Positions 12,540-21,376 of a stretch of DNA of 64,000 nt are shown here, piece after piece. Source of the stretch: Acidobacteriota bacterium (GTDB lineage Bacteria > Acidobacteriota > Polarisedimenticolia > SMYD01); contig JBHHYE010000016.1 in assembly GCA_046757405.1 (NCBI GenBank), forward strand, positions 48 through 64,047. Reading direction: 5' to 3'. Below the pieces are notes generated by a model. It did no database searches and was not told the origin of the DNA. It saw only the letters and a list, made by a program, of their open reading frames with translations. Each line of letters opens with the position of its first letter. The first letter of the stretch is position 1. The translations under genes were made by a program, and so were the position numbers.

Positions 12540-13052
12540 TCATCCTCCCGACGAAGGCTGATCCGGGGGCGGCGGCCAGCGCGTCTCCGTCCCGCCGCCG
12601 CTAGTAGAAGGAACCCCCGCGGCCTGATGGTACTGTTCCACACACTGGCAGGCCATCTGTTCCAGCTCGGCTGTGGGGATCTTTTCCTCCGCCAGGGGAA
12701 ACAGCACGTTGATCTCCTTGGCGATATGTTGGCGGAGAGTGTCGACAAAAGCGCGGGCCAGCTCCGGGATGTTTCCGTCCCCCGAGGCGACTCCCTGGAT
12801 GCACCTCCCGATCTCGCGGTGCTCGGCCTCCATGACATGAATCGGGGAAAGGCCCGCGCCGCACTCCCGGGCGATCGCCGGGTAGAAGATTTTTTCCTCC
12901 GCCTCCCGATGCTTCTCCACCGCCTCGGCGATGATTGACATCGCCGCCCGCAGTTCCTTCGGGGAGGACTTCTTGTCCAGCATGCGCTCCAGCACTCTCA
13001 GCTGCGCCAGGAAAACTCCGTGCTCCGTATTGAGGCATTCCGTGACTTTCAT
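12540..13052 (-). CDS. Hemerythrin/HHE cation-binding domain protein
   Basis: EH...HREAEE-IFYP...MEAEH...HIAKEINVLFP; GAGGAG RBS. Confidence 0.88.
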   Translation of the reverse strand: MKVTECLNTEHGVFLAQLRVLERMLDKKSSPKELRAAMSIIAEAVEKHREAEEKIFYPAIARECGAGLSPIHVMEAEHREIGRCIQGVASGDGNIPELARAFVDTLRQHIAKEINVLFPLAEEKIPTAELEQMACQCVEQYHQAAGVPSTSGGGTETRWPPPPDQPSSGG

Positions 13053-13385
13053 CTCGATCTCCTCTCATGGAACAGGATAGACGCTTCCGTCCGGAAGGGT
13101 TGCGGACGGCGGCGGCGGCGGCGAGCCGAGCGCACCGGGCCGGGTTTCCGAGGCAAGACCCCGCACCCCTCCGTCCCACCGGGGCGGAGGGGTTTTCTTG
13201 CGGGTGCCCGACAGGCGGGCCGGAACCGTCTTGCTGCTTTCGGAGCTGGCCCGCACCTGCGGCAAGGACGGCCTTCGGTTCTTGGCCACGGTGGTGAACC
13301 GTTGCACCTTGAAGGGCGTGAACCGGCGAGTTTGGGGCGGAGAAATGGGCTCGGAACGTGCGTGATCGACCGGTCGGGACCAGGC

Positions 13386-15623
13386 CTACTCGCTTGACCC
13401 GGAGGCCTGATAGATCTTCTCGAACTCGGGGTCGCCGTGAAGGAGGGCCAGGTCGGGGTCCCGGCGCGCCCATGTGGCATCGGTGAAACCGGCGTTCCAG
13501 GATTTTCTCAGCGCGTCCAGGGCCTCGGACTTCTTGTTCATCTGGCAGAAGATGCAGGCGACGTTGTAAAGGACCGTTCCTTCATTGGGGCGCAGGGCCA
13601 TGGCGAGGTTGGCCTCGCGCACGGCGTCCTCGGTCCGCCCCATGGTCGCGTAGTCCCCCGACAGAATGGTGCGCGCACGGGCGTCCTCCGGGACCTTCTT
13701 CAGGTGGGTCTCCACCACCTGCATCCTCTGCTGGATGGTGTTCTGCAGCGCTTCTTTCTTGCCCAGCGCACCCAGTGCGTTGCCGATGGGGATATAAATG
13801 TTGTAATCCTCCCTGCACGCTTCCCGGGCCGCTTCGGAGATGCCGACCACATCCTGGTAGCGTCCGGCGGCGAAGAGCGTCCTGCCCAGGAGATAGTAGG
13901 CGCCCTCGCAGTCGGGCTTGCGCTCGATCACGGCTTGGAGGCGGCCGATGGCCTCCTCGTGTTTGCCCTCGGCGTAGAGAATCCAGGCATTGGCGACCTG
14001 AACCTCGGGCAGGTCCTGCCTCAATGCGCTGGCCCGCTGGGTCGCCGCCATGGCCCGTTCAATCCAGGAAGAAATGCGCTCGTAGTGGTAATGATACTGG
14101 GCGCAGGCGTTGGCGATCCCGGCGTAGGCCAGCGCGAAGCCCGGATCCTGCGCCACGGCGTTTTCGAACATCTGCAAGGCAAATTCCAGGTCCTGGCGCG
14201 TCAGGCGGCGCGCGAAGCTCTTGCCGCGGAGGTAGAGGTCGTAGGCCAGGAGGTCCTCGGTCGGCTTGGCGGCGAGGGCGGCCTCTTCCTGCGGTGAGAG
14301 TGTGATCCGCAGGGCCTCGGCGATCTTGCGTGCGATCTCATCCTGCACGTCGAAGACGTCTTTCATCTCGCGGTCGTAGCGCTCCGACCAGAGCGGAAAA
14401 TCAGTGTGGGTGTCCACCAGCTGCGTGTTGATCCGGAGACGGTTCCCCGCCCGCCTCAGACTGCCCGTGAGGACGTAGGCCGCCCTGAGGCGGTCGCCAA
14501 TCTGGGCAGGAGTGACGGGCTTGTCGCGGTAGGCGAGGATGGTGGGGCGCGAGAAGATCTTTAATCCCTTGATCTTGGACAGCTCGGTGATGATGTCCTC
14601 GGTGATACCGTCGCGGAGATACTCGTCTTCCTTGATGCCGCTGAGATTCTCGAAGTACAGGACGGCGATGGATCGTTCCGCCTGGGCACCCACCGGGCTG
14701 CCTTGCGGTGTGCTGGTGTCCGCGGCCCGGCGGCCGCTGGATTCGAGATCGCGCCTCAGTCTGGCCAGATCGGTCTTGAGATCGGTCGCGGTTTGATAGC
14801 GAAGGTTGCGATCCTTTTCCAGGGCCTTGGCGAGGATCCGGTTGAACTCGGCGGGCAGCTGGCGATTCATCTCGTTGACGGAGGATGGTTCGCGGTTGAG
14901 GATGGCATCGAAGATGACCGCCGAGGTATCGCCCTGGAAAGGCAGGACTCCGGTTCCCATCTGGTAGAGAACCGTCCCCAGGGAAAACAGGTCGGTGCGG
15001 GCGTCGGTCACCTGTCCGCGTGCCTGCTCCGGTGACATGTACGAGACGGTGCCGAGGGTGCTCCCGGCGCGGGTCAGCTGGTTGCCCGCCGCCGCGGTGG
15101 GAGCCTCGGAGGCCGCCCCGGCGCCCCGGGCCGCCCGCCCCGCGCTGTCGATCTTGGCCAGGCCGAAATCGAGCATCTTCACCGCGTCCCGCGCATTCAC
15201 GAAGATATTGGCGGGCTTGATATCGCGGTGCACGATTCCCTTGGAATGCGCCGACTCCAGGGCGTCCACGATCTGGATGGCCAGGCCCAGGAGCCGGCCG
15301 AACTCCATGGGCTCTCCCACGATCATCTGCGCCAAGGTCTTTCCTTCCAAAAGCTCCATCACGATGAAGTGGTGCTCCTGGTCCTGCTCGATGGCAAAGA
15401 CGGTGCAGATGCCAGGGTGATTCAGCGCGGAGGTGGCGCGGGCCTCGCGCTGAAAGCGTTCCAGCAACTGCGCGTCCTGGGCGAGTTCGGGGGACAGGAA
15501 CTTCACAGCCACACGCCGCCCCAGGCGTGTGTCCCTGGCCTCGTACACCACCCCCATGCCCCCGCTGCCGAGCAGGCGCAGGATTTCGTAGTGGGAAACC
15601 GTCTTGCCCGCGATCGATTCCAT
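13386..15623 (-). CDS. Ser/Thr protein kinase with TolB-N-like and TPR domains
   Basis: [26 protein letters not shown]; [11 protein letters not shown]; TPR C-terminus. Confidence 0.93.
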   Translation of the reverse strand: MESIAGKTVSHYEILRLLGSGGMGVVYEARDTRLGRRVAVKFLSPELAQDAQLLERFQREARATSALNHPGICTVFAIEQDQEHHFIVMELLEGKTLAQMIVGEPMEFGRLLGLAIQIVDALESAHSKGIVHRDIKPANIFVNARDAVKMLDFGLAKIDSAGRAARGAGAASEAPTAAAGNQLTRAGSTLGTVSYMSPEQARGQVTDARTDLFSLGTVLYQMGTGVLPFQGDTSAVIFDAILNREPSSVNEMNRQLPAEFNRILAKALEKDRNLRYQTATDLKTDLARLRRDLESSGRRAADTSTPQGSPVGAQAERSIAVLYFENLSGIKEDEYLRDGITEDIITELSKIKGLKIFSRPTILAYRDKPVTPAQIGDRLRAAYVLTGSLRRAGNRLRINTQLVDTHTDFPLWSERYDREMKDVFDVQDEIARKIAEALRITLSPQEEAALAAKPTEDLLAYDLYLRGKSFARRLTRQDLEFALQMFENAVAQDPGFALAYAGIANACAQYHYHYERISSWIERAMAATQRASALRQDLPEVQVANAWILYAEGKHEEAIGRLQAVIERKPDCEGAYYLLGRTLFAAGRYQDVVGISEAAREACREDYNIYIPIGNALGALGKKEALQNTIQQRMQVVETHLKKVPEDARARTILSGDYATMGRTEDAVREANLAMALRPNEGTVLYNVACIFCQMNKKSEALDALRKSWNAGFTDATWARRDPDLALLHGDPEFEKIYQASGSSE

Positions 15624-15667
15624 CGCGTCAAGGTATCACAGGAGCATCCCGTTGCCGCCTCTTCGGT

Positions 15668-16240
15668 TCAGCGAGCCGCGTGCAGATGGATGACTCGGTT
15701 GCATCCGACCGGGTGATCCTCCGGCGCCGCCACCACCAGTGTGCCTGGGAAGTCTTCCAGCTGGCTCCTGATGATCTCCTGGTTGACGGCGTCCAGGCCG
15801 GCCAGGGGCTCATCCAGGAGAAGAATTCCGGGGCGCACGGCGAGAGCCCGGGCAATGGCCAGACGGCGCCGTTCCCCGACCGAGATCTCCCGCGCCGGTC
15901 GATCCGCCAGGTGCCGGGCCCGGGCGCGCGCCAGCCAGGTGTCCGCCTCGCCCACCGGACGGCCCGAGAGCCTGAGAGCGTACGTCAGGTTGTCCCGGAC
16001 ATGGCCGCGGAAGAAGTACGGCTCCTGGTGGACCAGAACAATCCGCCCGGGCCGCGGACATCCCGTGACGTCGCCGGCCGTCGGAGGAAGCAGTCCCGCC
16101 AGCACGCGCAGCAAGGTGGATTTACCGCTTCCATTGGGGCCGATCACTCCGACCTTCTCGGACTGTTTGACGGTCATGCGGCTCAGCCGGAGAGCCGTCA
16201 CGCTCCCGAACTGCACCAGAAGCTCGCGCACGCGGATCAC
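15668..16240 (-). CDS. tupC: Tungstate ABC transporter ATP-binding subunit
   Basis: GPNGSGKST, ISVGE, LLLDEP; GTG start overlaps the tupB stop. Confidence 0.8.
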   Translation of the reverse strand: MIRVRELLVQFGSVTALRLSRMTVKQSEKVGVIGPNGSGKSTLLRVLAGLLPPTAGDVTGCPRPGRIVLVHQEPYFFRGHVRDNLTYALRLSGRPVGEADTWLARARARHLADRPAREISVGERRRLAIARALAVRPGILLLDEPLAGLDAVNQEIIRSQLEDFPGTLVVAAPEDHPVGCNRVIHLHAAR

Positions 16241-16932
16241 GGCCGGTCTTCTCTTTCCAGCCACTGCGCCGCTATCACCACCGCGGCGGCCATCAACAGG
16301 AGCAAGATTCCGGGCGCCAGCGCGGCGGCGAAGCGCCCACGCGAGAGTTCCAGCTGAGTGGTTGCCGGAAGGGTGCGAGTCCTGAACGCCAGGTTGCCGC
16401 CGACCGTGAGGGCGATGCCCAGTTCGGTGACGCAGCGTCCGAAAGTGGCGAGGAGGGCCGCGACCAGGCTGGGCCGGACCTCGCCCAGAACCTTGAACAG
16501 GGCCAGGGAACGGCTGGCCCCCAGGGTCAGGGCCGTTTCCACCAGCCGAGATTCGAGGCGGACCGTGGCGCCGTAGGCCAGGCTTCCCAGCAACGGAAAG
16601 GCGAGAAGGAACTCGCCCAATGTGATCGCCGTCCGGGTGTAGAGCAGGTCGAGCTCCCCCAGGAGACCGCGCCGGGAAAAGAACGCAAAGACCACGAGCC
16701 CGATGACCACGGTCGGAACCGACATGGCCACACGCAGGCCGAAGACCTGGAGCCGGCGCCCAGGCAGCGAGTACAGGCCCAACCACGCGCCGTAGGGCAC
16801 GGCCAGGAGGGTGGCCAGGCCCACGGCCGTCACGGTGCAGGTGAGCGAAACCAGGATGGCATGCAGGGTTTCCGCATCTCCCGAGATGAGGAGGTGCAAG
16901 GCCTCGATCAGTCCCCGGCCGAGGAACTCCAA
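16237..16932 (-). CDS. tupB: Tungstate ABC transporter permease
   Basis: PTVVIGL...SRRGLLG...LLYT, ELGIALTVGGN...TRTL. Confidence 0.88.
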   Translation of the reverse strand: MEFLGRGLIEALHLLISGDAETLHAILVSLTCTVTAVGLATLLAVPYGAWLGLYSLPGRRLQVFGLRVAMSVPTVVIGLVVFAFFSRRGLLGELDLLYTRTAITLGEFLLAFPLLGSLAYGATVRLESRLVETALTLGASRSLALFKVLGEVRPSLVAALLATFGRCVTELGIALTVGGNLAFRTRTLPATTQLELSRGRFAAALAPGILLLLMAAAVVIAAQWLEREDRP

Positions 16933-16937
16933 TGCCT

Positions 16938-17774
16938 CTAGGTCTCCCCGGCCACCGGGTGAAACAGCATCTCACCCCCCACGCGGAAGGCGCCGATGCG
17001 GCGCTGCCCCTCGGGCGAGGTCAGATAGTCCAGCAGCCTCCGTGCCGCCGCGGCGTGAACATGGGGATGCCGCGCGGGGTTGACCAGAATCGCCCCATAA
17101 GGATTGAGAAGCCCCGGGTCTCCCTCCACCAGCACCTCCAGATCGACGCGCGCGGCGAAGGCCAGGTAGGTGCCTCGATCGGAGAGGACGTAGGCTCGTT
17201 TCTCGTCGGCCAGGATCAAGCAGTTTCCCATCCCCTGTCCCGCTTCCGTGTAAAAATCTTTTCCCTCCGGGACTCCGCCGGCCTTCTTCCACAGGCTGCG
17301 CTCGCGGATGTGGGTTCCCGAATCGTCTCCCCGCGAGATGAAGGGGGACGAGGTCGACGCGATGCGCGCCAGCGCCGCCGCGGCGTCCTTTTTGTGGCGT
17401 ACCCCGGCCGGGTCCGCTGGCGGCCCCAGGATCACGAAGTCGTTCCACATGATATCTCTCCGTTCGCTGCCGTGGCCGCCGGCCATGAACGCGTCCTCGC
17501 GCTGCCGCGCGTGAACCAGCAGAAGGTCCACCTCTCCCCGCTCGCCCAGGGCGAGAGCCTGGCCGGTGCCGACAGCCAGGACCTGGACCTCGATTCCCTG
17601 GCGCTCTTCGAACGGAGGGAGAATGGCCTCCAGGAGACCGGAGTGGTCGGTGCTCGTGGTGGTGGCCAGCCGCACCCGCGCGGGCGCTCGGGCTCCAGGG
17701 AGGGAGCAGGCCGGAAAAAGCAGGGCGGCGGCGAAGACCAGAGTCGAACACGGTGAGGCGAAGATGCGGGTCAT
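16938..17774 (-). CDS. tupA: Tungstate-binding lipoprotein
   Basis: LATTTSTDHSGLL, GTGQAL, FISRGDDSGTH, SDRGTY, LLNPY. Confidence 0.92.
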   Translation of the reverse strand: MTRIFASPCSTLVFAAALLFPACSLPGARAPARVRLATTTSTDHSGLLEAILPPFEERQGIEVQVLAVGTGQALALGERGEVDLLLVHARQREDAFMAGGHGSERRDIMWNDFVILGPPADPAGVRHKKDAAAALARIASTSSPFISRGDDSGTHIRERSLWKKAGGVPEGKDFYTEAGQGMGNCLILADEKRAYVLSDRGTYLAFAARVDLEVLVEGDPGLLNPYGAILVNPARHPHVHAAAARRLLDYLTSPEGQRRIGAFRVGGEMLFHPVAGET

Positions 17775-17841
17775 GTCGGCCGGTTCTCCTGGAGCGCGAG
17801 CGCTTCCAGAATACCGCGACCGGCGGCGCGACTCCAGGCGG

Positions 17842-17888
17842 CCCGCCCCGCACGGCGCCCCCGGGTGGGGCGCGCCGTGCGGGGCGGG
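17842..17888. repeat. Perfect 17-bp GC-rich inverted repeat between the HMA gene and tupA
   Basis: CCCGCCCCGCACGGCGC (17842-17858) / GCGCCGTGCGGGGCGGG (17872-17888). Confidence 0.85.
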
Positions 17889-17910
17889 GGGGTGCGGTGC
17901 TCGAGGGCGG

Positions 17911-18474
17911 TCAGCCGCCTGGTTTGACCTGGGACCACTCCTCCACGCTCATGCCCGGAGGCTCGGGGCGATGCGGGGCATGCAGCGTGCCGGTGACACG
18001 CACCCGGTGACCGAGGAGATCATCTCGGCCTGCGATCTCTGTTCCCTTCTTGCCGCCTTCCAGGATCAGCTTTCTCCCCGACATCTCCAGGACCAGGTGA
18101 TCCTCCTGCCGGCCGAGCCGGCCGACAGCAATCAGCTCGATCTCTCCCGGAGTGAAGCCTGCCCGGCGCACGGCGGCAGGTATCCCGGCTGGATCGAAGC
18201 TTTTTTCCTTTTCCGGGAGAACCAGCGCGGTTCCTTCCTCCAGATTGACCTTCACGTCACCGACGCCATCCAGGCGTCGCAGGGCTTTCTCGGCCCCGTA
18301 CGCTCAGAGGGGTCACGTCATGCCGTCAATCTGCACCTCTGCCCTCTGGATGGCCGCCCAGGGCGCCGCGGCGGACGCCAGCGAGAGAACCACGAGAATC
18401 AGAGCGTTCAGGGCGCGACTGAGGGCGGGTCTGCGGCGATCTCCCCGGGCGCGATTGGGTCTGGGGTCTGGCAT
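17911..18474 (-). CDS. Secreted HMA/MerP-like metal-binding selenoprotein with a UxxU motif (TGA at 18315-18313 and 18306-18304)
   Basis: AAAGGAG RBS, ATG 18474, signal peptide, AEVQIDGMT-TGA-PL-TGA-AYGAEKALRRLDGVGDVKVNLEEG...AAVRRAGF; in frame with ORF 17911..18255. Confidence 0.88.
18261..18298 (-). promoter_or_regulatory. Two tandem SECIS-like hairpins
   Basis: Minus strand CGGGGC-CGAGAAA-GCCCTG (18298-18280) followed by perfect CGACGCC-TGGAT-GGCGTCG (18279-18261). Confidence 0.6.
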
Positions 18475-19450
18475 GGGGTTCTCCTTTCTCGGTCATGGGC
18501 TGGAGCTTATAAATGCGATCGTTGGCGGCATCACTGACATAAAGATATCCCGCAGGCCCGGCGGCGATCCCTTGGGGCGACTGGAAGGTCGTGCCGCCGG
18601 GCCGTGGGACGGCCCACTCCGCCAGGAAGCGGCCGCGGCGGTCCAGCCACTGGAGACGGAAGTTGCCGCTGTCGGCCACATGCAGGTCGCCGTTCGGATC
18701 GATCACCAGGTCGGTGGGATCCTGGAATTGCCCGGTCCAGGTGCCGGCCGAGCCGAGGGTGTCCAGGAACCGCCCTTCACGGTCGAACCGCTGGATCCGG
18801 CCATGATGCGCATCGACCACGTAAACGGTTTCATCGGGACCGACGGCGATCTTGGCCGGGTAGTGCAAGCGACCCGGCGCATCACCCGGGCCGCCCAGGA
18901 CCCGGATGAATTGCCCGGATGGGGTGAAGACTTGCACCCTGTGGGCGTAAAATTCACAGACGTAGACGTCGCCGGTCCTGCCCACGGCCACGCCGACGGG
19001 AGAGGCGAGCTCCCCCGGGCCGGTCCCGGAACTACCCCACCGGCGCAACAGCCGGCCTTGGTGGTTGAACGTCAGGACCTGGTCGAGCATGAAATCGACC
19101 ACGTAAACCTGGCCACCGGCGCCCAGGGCGATGTCCATGGGCTTCCGGAGGTTGCCTTGATTCCCGCTGCATCCTCCCCAGCCCCGCAGGAAGCGGCCCC
19201 GGTCGGAGAAGATCTGAATCCGGCAGTTGTCCGCGTCGGCGACGAAAACCTCACCCGCGCCACTCACGTCCAGCCCCTGGGGGCCATGCAGGCGGCCGGC
19301 CTCGCGTCCGGGGCCGCCCCACCAGGCGGCCACCCGGTAATGATGCTGGACGGTGTCTCCGGCCAGGCTCGGTGGGGGGTAGACTGCCGCCAGGCCGGCC
19401 AGGGCCAGGACACTGATGGAAAGATGTGGGCCGCGAGCCAGTCGTGACAT
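18326..19450 (-). CDS. Secreted NHL-repeat beta-propeller protein
   Basis: Signal peptide; about six repeats such as P.G..V...G.VFVAD..N.RIQ.F; start at 19450 or 19456. Confidence 0.9.
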   Translation of the reverse strand: MSRLARGPHLSISVLALAGLAAVYPPPSLAGDTVQHHYRVAAWWGGPGREAGRLHGPQGLDVSGAGEVFVADADNCRIQIFSDRGRFLRGWGGCSGNQGNLRKPMDIALGAGGQVYVVDFMLDQVLTFNHQGRLLRRWGSSGTGPGELASPVGVAVGRTGDVYVCEFYAHRVQVFTPSGQFIRVLGGPGDAPGRLHYPAKIAVGPDETVYVVDAHHGRIQRFDREGRFLDTLGSAGTWTGQFQDPTDLVIDPNGDLHVADSGNFRLQWLDRRGRFLAEWAVPRPGGTTFQSPQGIAAGPAGYLYVSDAANDRIYKLQPMTEKGEPHARPQTQSRPGRSPQTRPQSRPERSDSRGSLAGVRRGALGGHPEGRGAD

Positions 19451-19459
19451 GACCATCCG

Positions 19460-19491
19460 AGGATAGATCCCGAACCATGGTTCAGGGTCAA
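19460..19491 (-). promoter_or_regulatory. MerR-family-type promoter/operator
   Basis: TTGACC, 20-bp spacer, TATCCT, with dyad CCTGAACCA|TGGTTCGGG in the spacer. Confidence 0.8.
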
Positions 19492-19512
19492 GGGCGCGGG
19501 TCAGCCTGTCTC

Positions 19513-19542
19513 AAGAGAAAGGGCCGGGTCCTCCCCGGCCCT
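19513..19542 (-). terminator. Intrinsic terminator after the hsp20 gene
   Basis: AGGGCCGGG/CCCGGCCCT stem followed by TTCTCTT on the minus strand. Confidence 0.65.
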
Positions 19543-19592
19543 CTGATGATCGGGATGTGATGCGCCGGTCTTGGCCGGCCATCCCGTTTTCG

Positions 19593-20117
19593 TCAGGCGC
19601 TCTTCAGCCCCTTGGTCTCCCCTGAGGTGATCTGGATCGGCACCCGGCGGGCGGCGGCATGCAGGCCCTCCGCAGGAAGGGTGATCTCCAGCACGCCGTT
19701 CTCGAAACGAGCCTTGAGCTGTTCGGGTTTCAGCCCCTTCGGCAGGTCGAAGACGCGCTCGAAGCGCCCGTGGAAAACCTCTCTCAGGTAGTGGTCCGCA
19801 TCGTCCGCCTCCTTCTTCATCTTCTTTTCGCCCCGCAGGATGAGCCGGTTGTCCTCCACGGAAACCGAGAGATCCTTGGGGTCGACGCCGGGCAGCTCGG
19901 CCCGGAACACGATCTCGTCTCCACGGCGAAACGACTCGACCGCCGGGTAGACCATTCTCGACCACCTGGGCGCCGGAAGGCCCGTGACCGGCTCGGCGCC
20001 GGCGGGGAGAAGATGCCGGGTGACCGGCTCGAAATCGCCCAAGAACTGCTGGAGGAGATTGTCGAAGCCCCTGAAAATGCTCGAAAAGTCCTCGAATGGA
20101 TTCGTGACTCTGTACAT
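19593..20117 (-). CDS. Small heat shock protein (Hsp20/alpha-crystallin)
   Basis: AELPGVDPKD, GRFERVFDLP, ARFENGVLEITLP; AAAGGAGG RBS. Confidence 0.93.
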   Translation of the reverse strand: MYRVTNPFEDFSSIFRGFDNLLQQFLGDFEPVTRHLLPAGAEPVTGLPAPRWSRMVYPAVESFRRGDEIVFRAELPGVDPKDLSVSVEDNRLILRGEKKMKKEADDADHYLREVFHGRFERVFDLPKGLKPEQLKARFENGVLEITLPAEGLHAAARRVPIQITSGETKGLKSA

Positions 20118-20203
20118 GGTATGCCTCCTTTTCATCGTTGGTTTGGCGGTCCTGACTGCCCAGTTTCTCCGGTGATTGGCATGCCATCTCCACCGTCACT
20201 GAT

Positions 20204-20232
20204 GGTGTAAGACGCTCCGCCGGTCATGTCAA
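20204..20232 (-). promoter_or_regulatory. Candidate sigma70 promoter for hsp20
   Basis: TTGACA-17 bp-TACACC. Confidence 0.4.
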
Positions 20233-20434
20233 AAGGGGGCCGGCGGCGCCGCCGCCGGCCCCCCCGCTCCCCCGAAGGTCCTGGCACTCCAGGGCTTCCG
20301 GCCGCCCCCCTTGGCATCCGCCCGGGGGAGTCCTAGAATTGTCAATCCTTTGGAGCGTGAACGTCAGCTTTGGCCGGTCACGGCCAGTATTTGTGGAAGC
20401 CGTTGCGCGGGCGGATCCTGACTGCGGAGGAAAC

Positions 20435-21376
20435 ATGATCGAGGTGGATCATCTACAAAAGAGCTACGGCGCGACCGTTGCCCTGCGGGACGTGTCGTTC
20501 TCGGTGAAGGCGGGCGAGGTCGTGGGCCTCCTCGGGCCCAACGGGGCCGGCAAGACCACCGCCATGAAGATCCTGGTAGGTTACCTCTTGCCCGGCGCCG
20601 GCCGGGCCGTGGTGGCCGGGTATGACGTCACCCGGGAGCCCATCGAGGTGCAGAAACGGCTGGGGTACCTTCCCGAGAACGCGCCTCTCTATGGCGACAT
20701 GCTGGTGCAGGAGTTTCTCGATTTCATGAGCGACATGCGCGATATCGAGATCGGCACGCGCCACCGCCGACTGGCCAATGTGGTGGAGGAATGCGGCATC
20801 GGGAACGTCCTCACCCGGCCCATTGGCCAGCTTTCCAAGGGGTACAGGCAGCGTGTCGGACTGGCCTCGGCGATCTTGCACGATCCCGACATCCTGATTC
20901 TCGACGAGCCCACCACGGGACTCGATCCGAACCAGATCATCGAGGTGCGTGAATTGATCCGGCGCATGGGCCAGACGAAGACGGTGATTCTCTCCACCCA
21001 TATCCTGCCGGAGGTCGAGGAGTCTTGCGGCAGGGCCGTCATTCTCATTGACGGGCGTGTGCGGGCCGACGGATCGCTGGATGACCTCACCAGCTCCCGG
21101 ACCCAGGTGGTGGTCACCGCGCCGGACGATCCCGGGCGGGCCTCCGAGCTTTTCAAGAAGATTGCCGGTGTCCAGACGGTGGAGATCCACCCGGCCGAAG
21201 GCGAACGGTTCCAGACCTTCCGGCTGCGACTGGCGGATGGCCGGGAGGTGGGCGAACAGGTGGCCGCGATCGTCCGCGAGCAAGCCTGGCCCCTGAGGGA
21301 GCTGCGCCGGGACGAGCGTTCCCTGGAACAGGTCTTCCGGGAGCTCACCGGATCGGTGGAGGAGGTGGCGGCATGA
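20435..21376 (+). CDS. ABC transporter ATP-binding protein (GldA-like)
   Basis: GPNGAGKTT, LSKGYRQRVGLA, LDEPTTGLDPNQ. Confidence 0.9.
   Translation: MIEVDHLQKSYGATVALRDVSFSVKAGEVVGLLGPNGAGKTTAMKILVGYLLPGAGRAVVAGYDVTREPIEVQKRLGYLPENAPLYGDMLVQEFLDFMSDMRDIEIGTRHRRLANVVEECGIGNVLTRPIGQLSKGYRQRVGLASAILHDPDILILDEPTTGLDPNQIIEVRELIRRMGQTKTVILSTHILPEVEESCGRAVILIDGRVRADGSLDDLTSSRTQVVVTAPDDPGRASELFKKIAGVQTVEIHPAEGERFQTFRLRLADGREVGEQVAAIVREQAWPLRELRRDERSLEQVFRELTGSVEEVAA

Noticed and set aside
17775-17910. Moco/Wco riboswitch or ModE box upstream of tupA
   Set aside because: No recognisable conserved motif; only a plain GC hairpin
20281-20307. CIRCE (HrcA) element upstream of hsp20
   Set aside because: Only one half-site (CTGGCACTC); no matching arm 9 nt away
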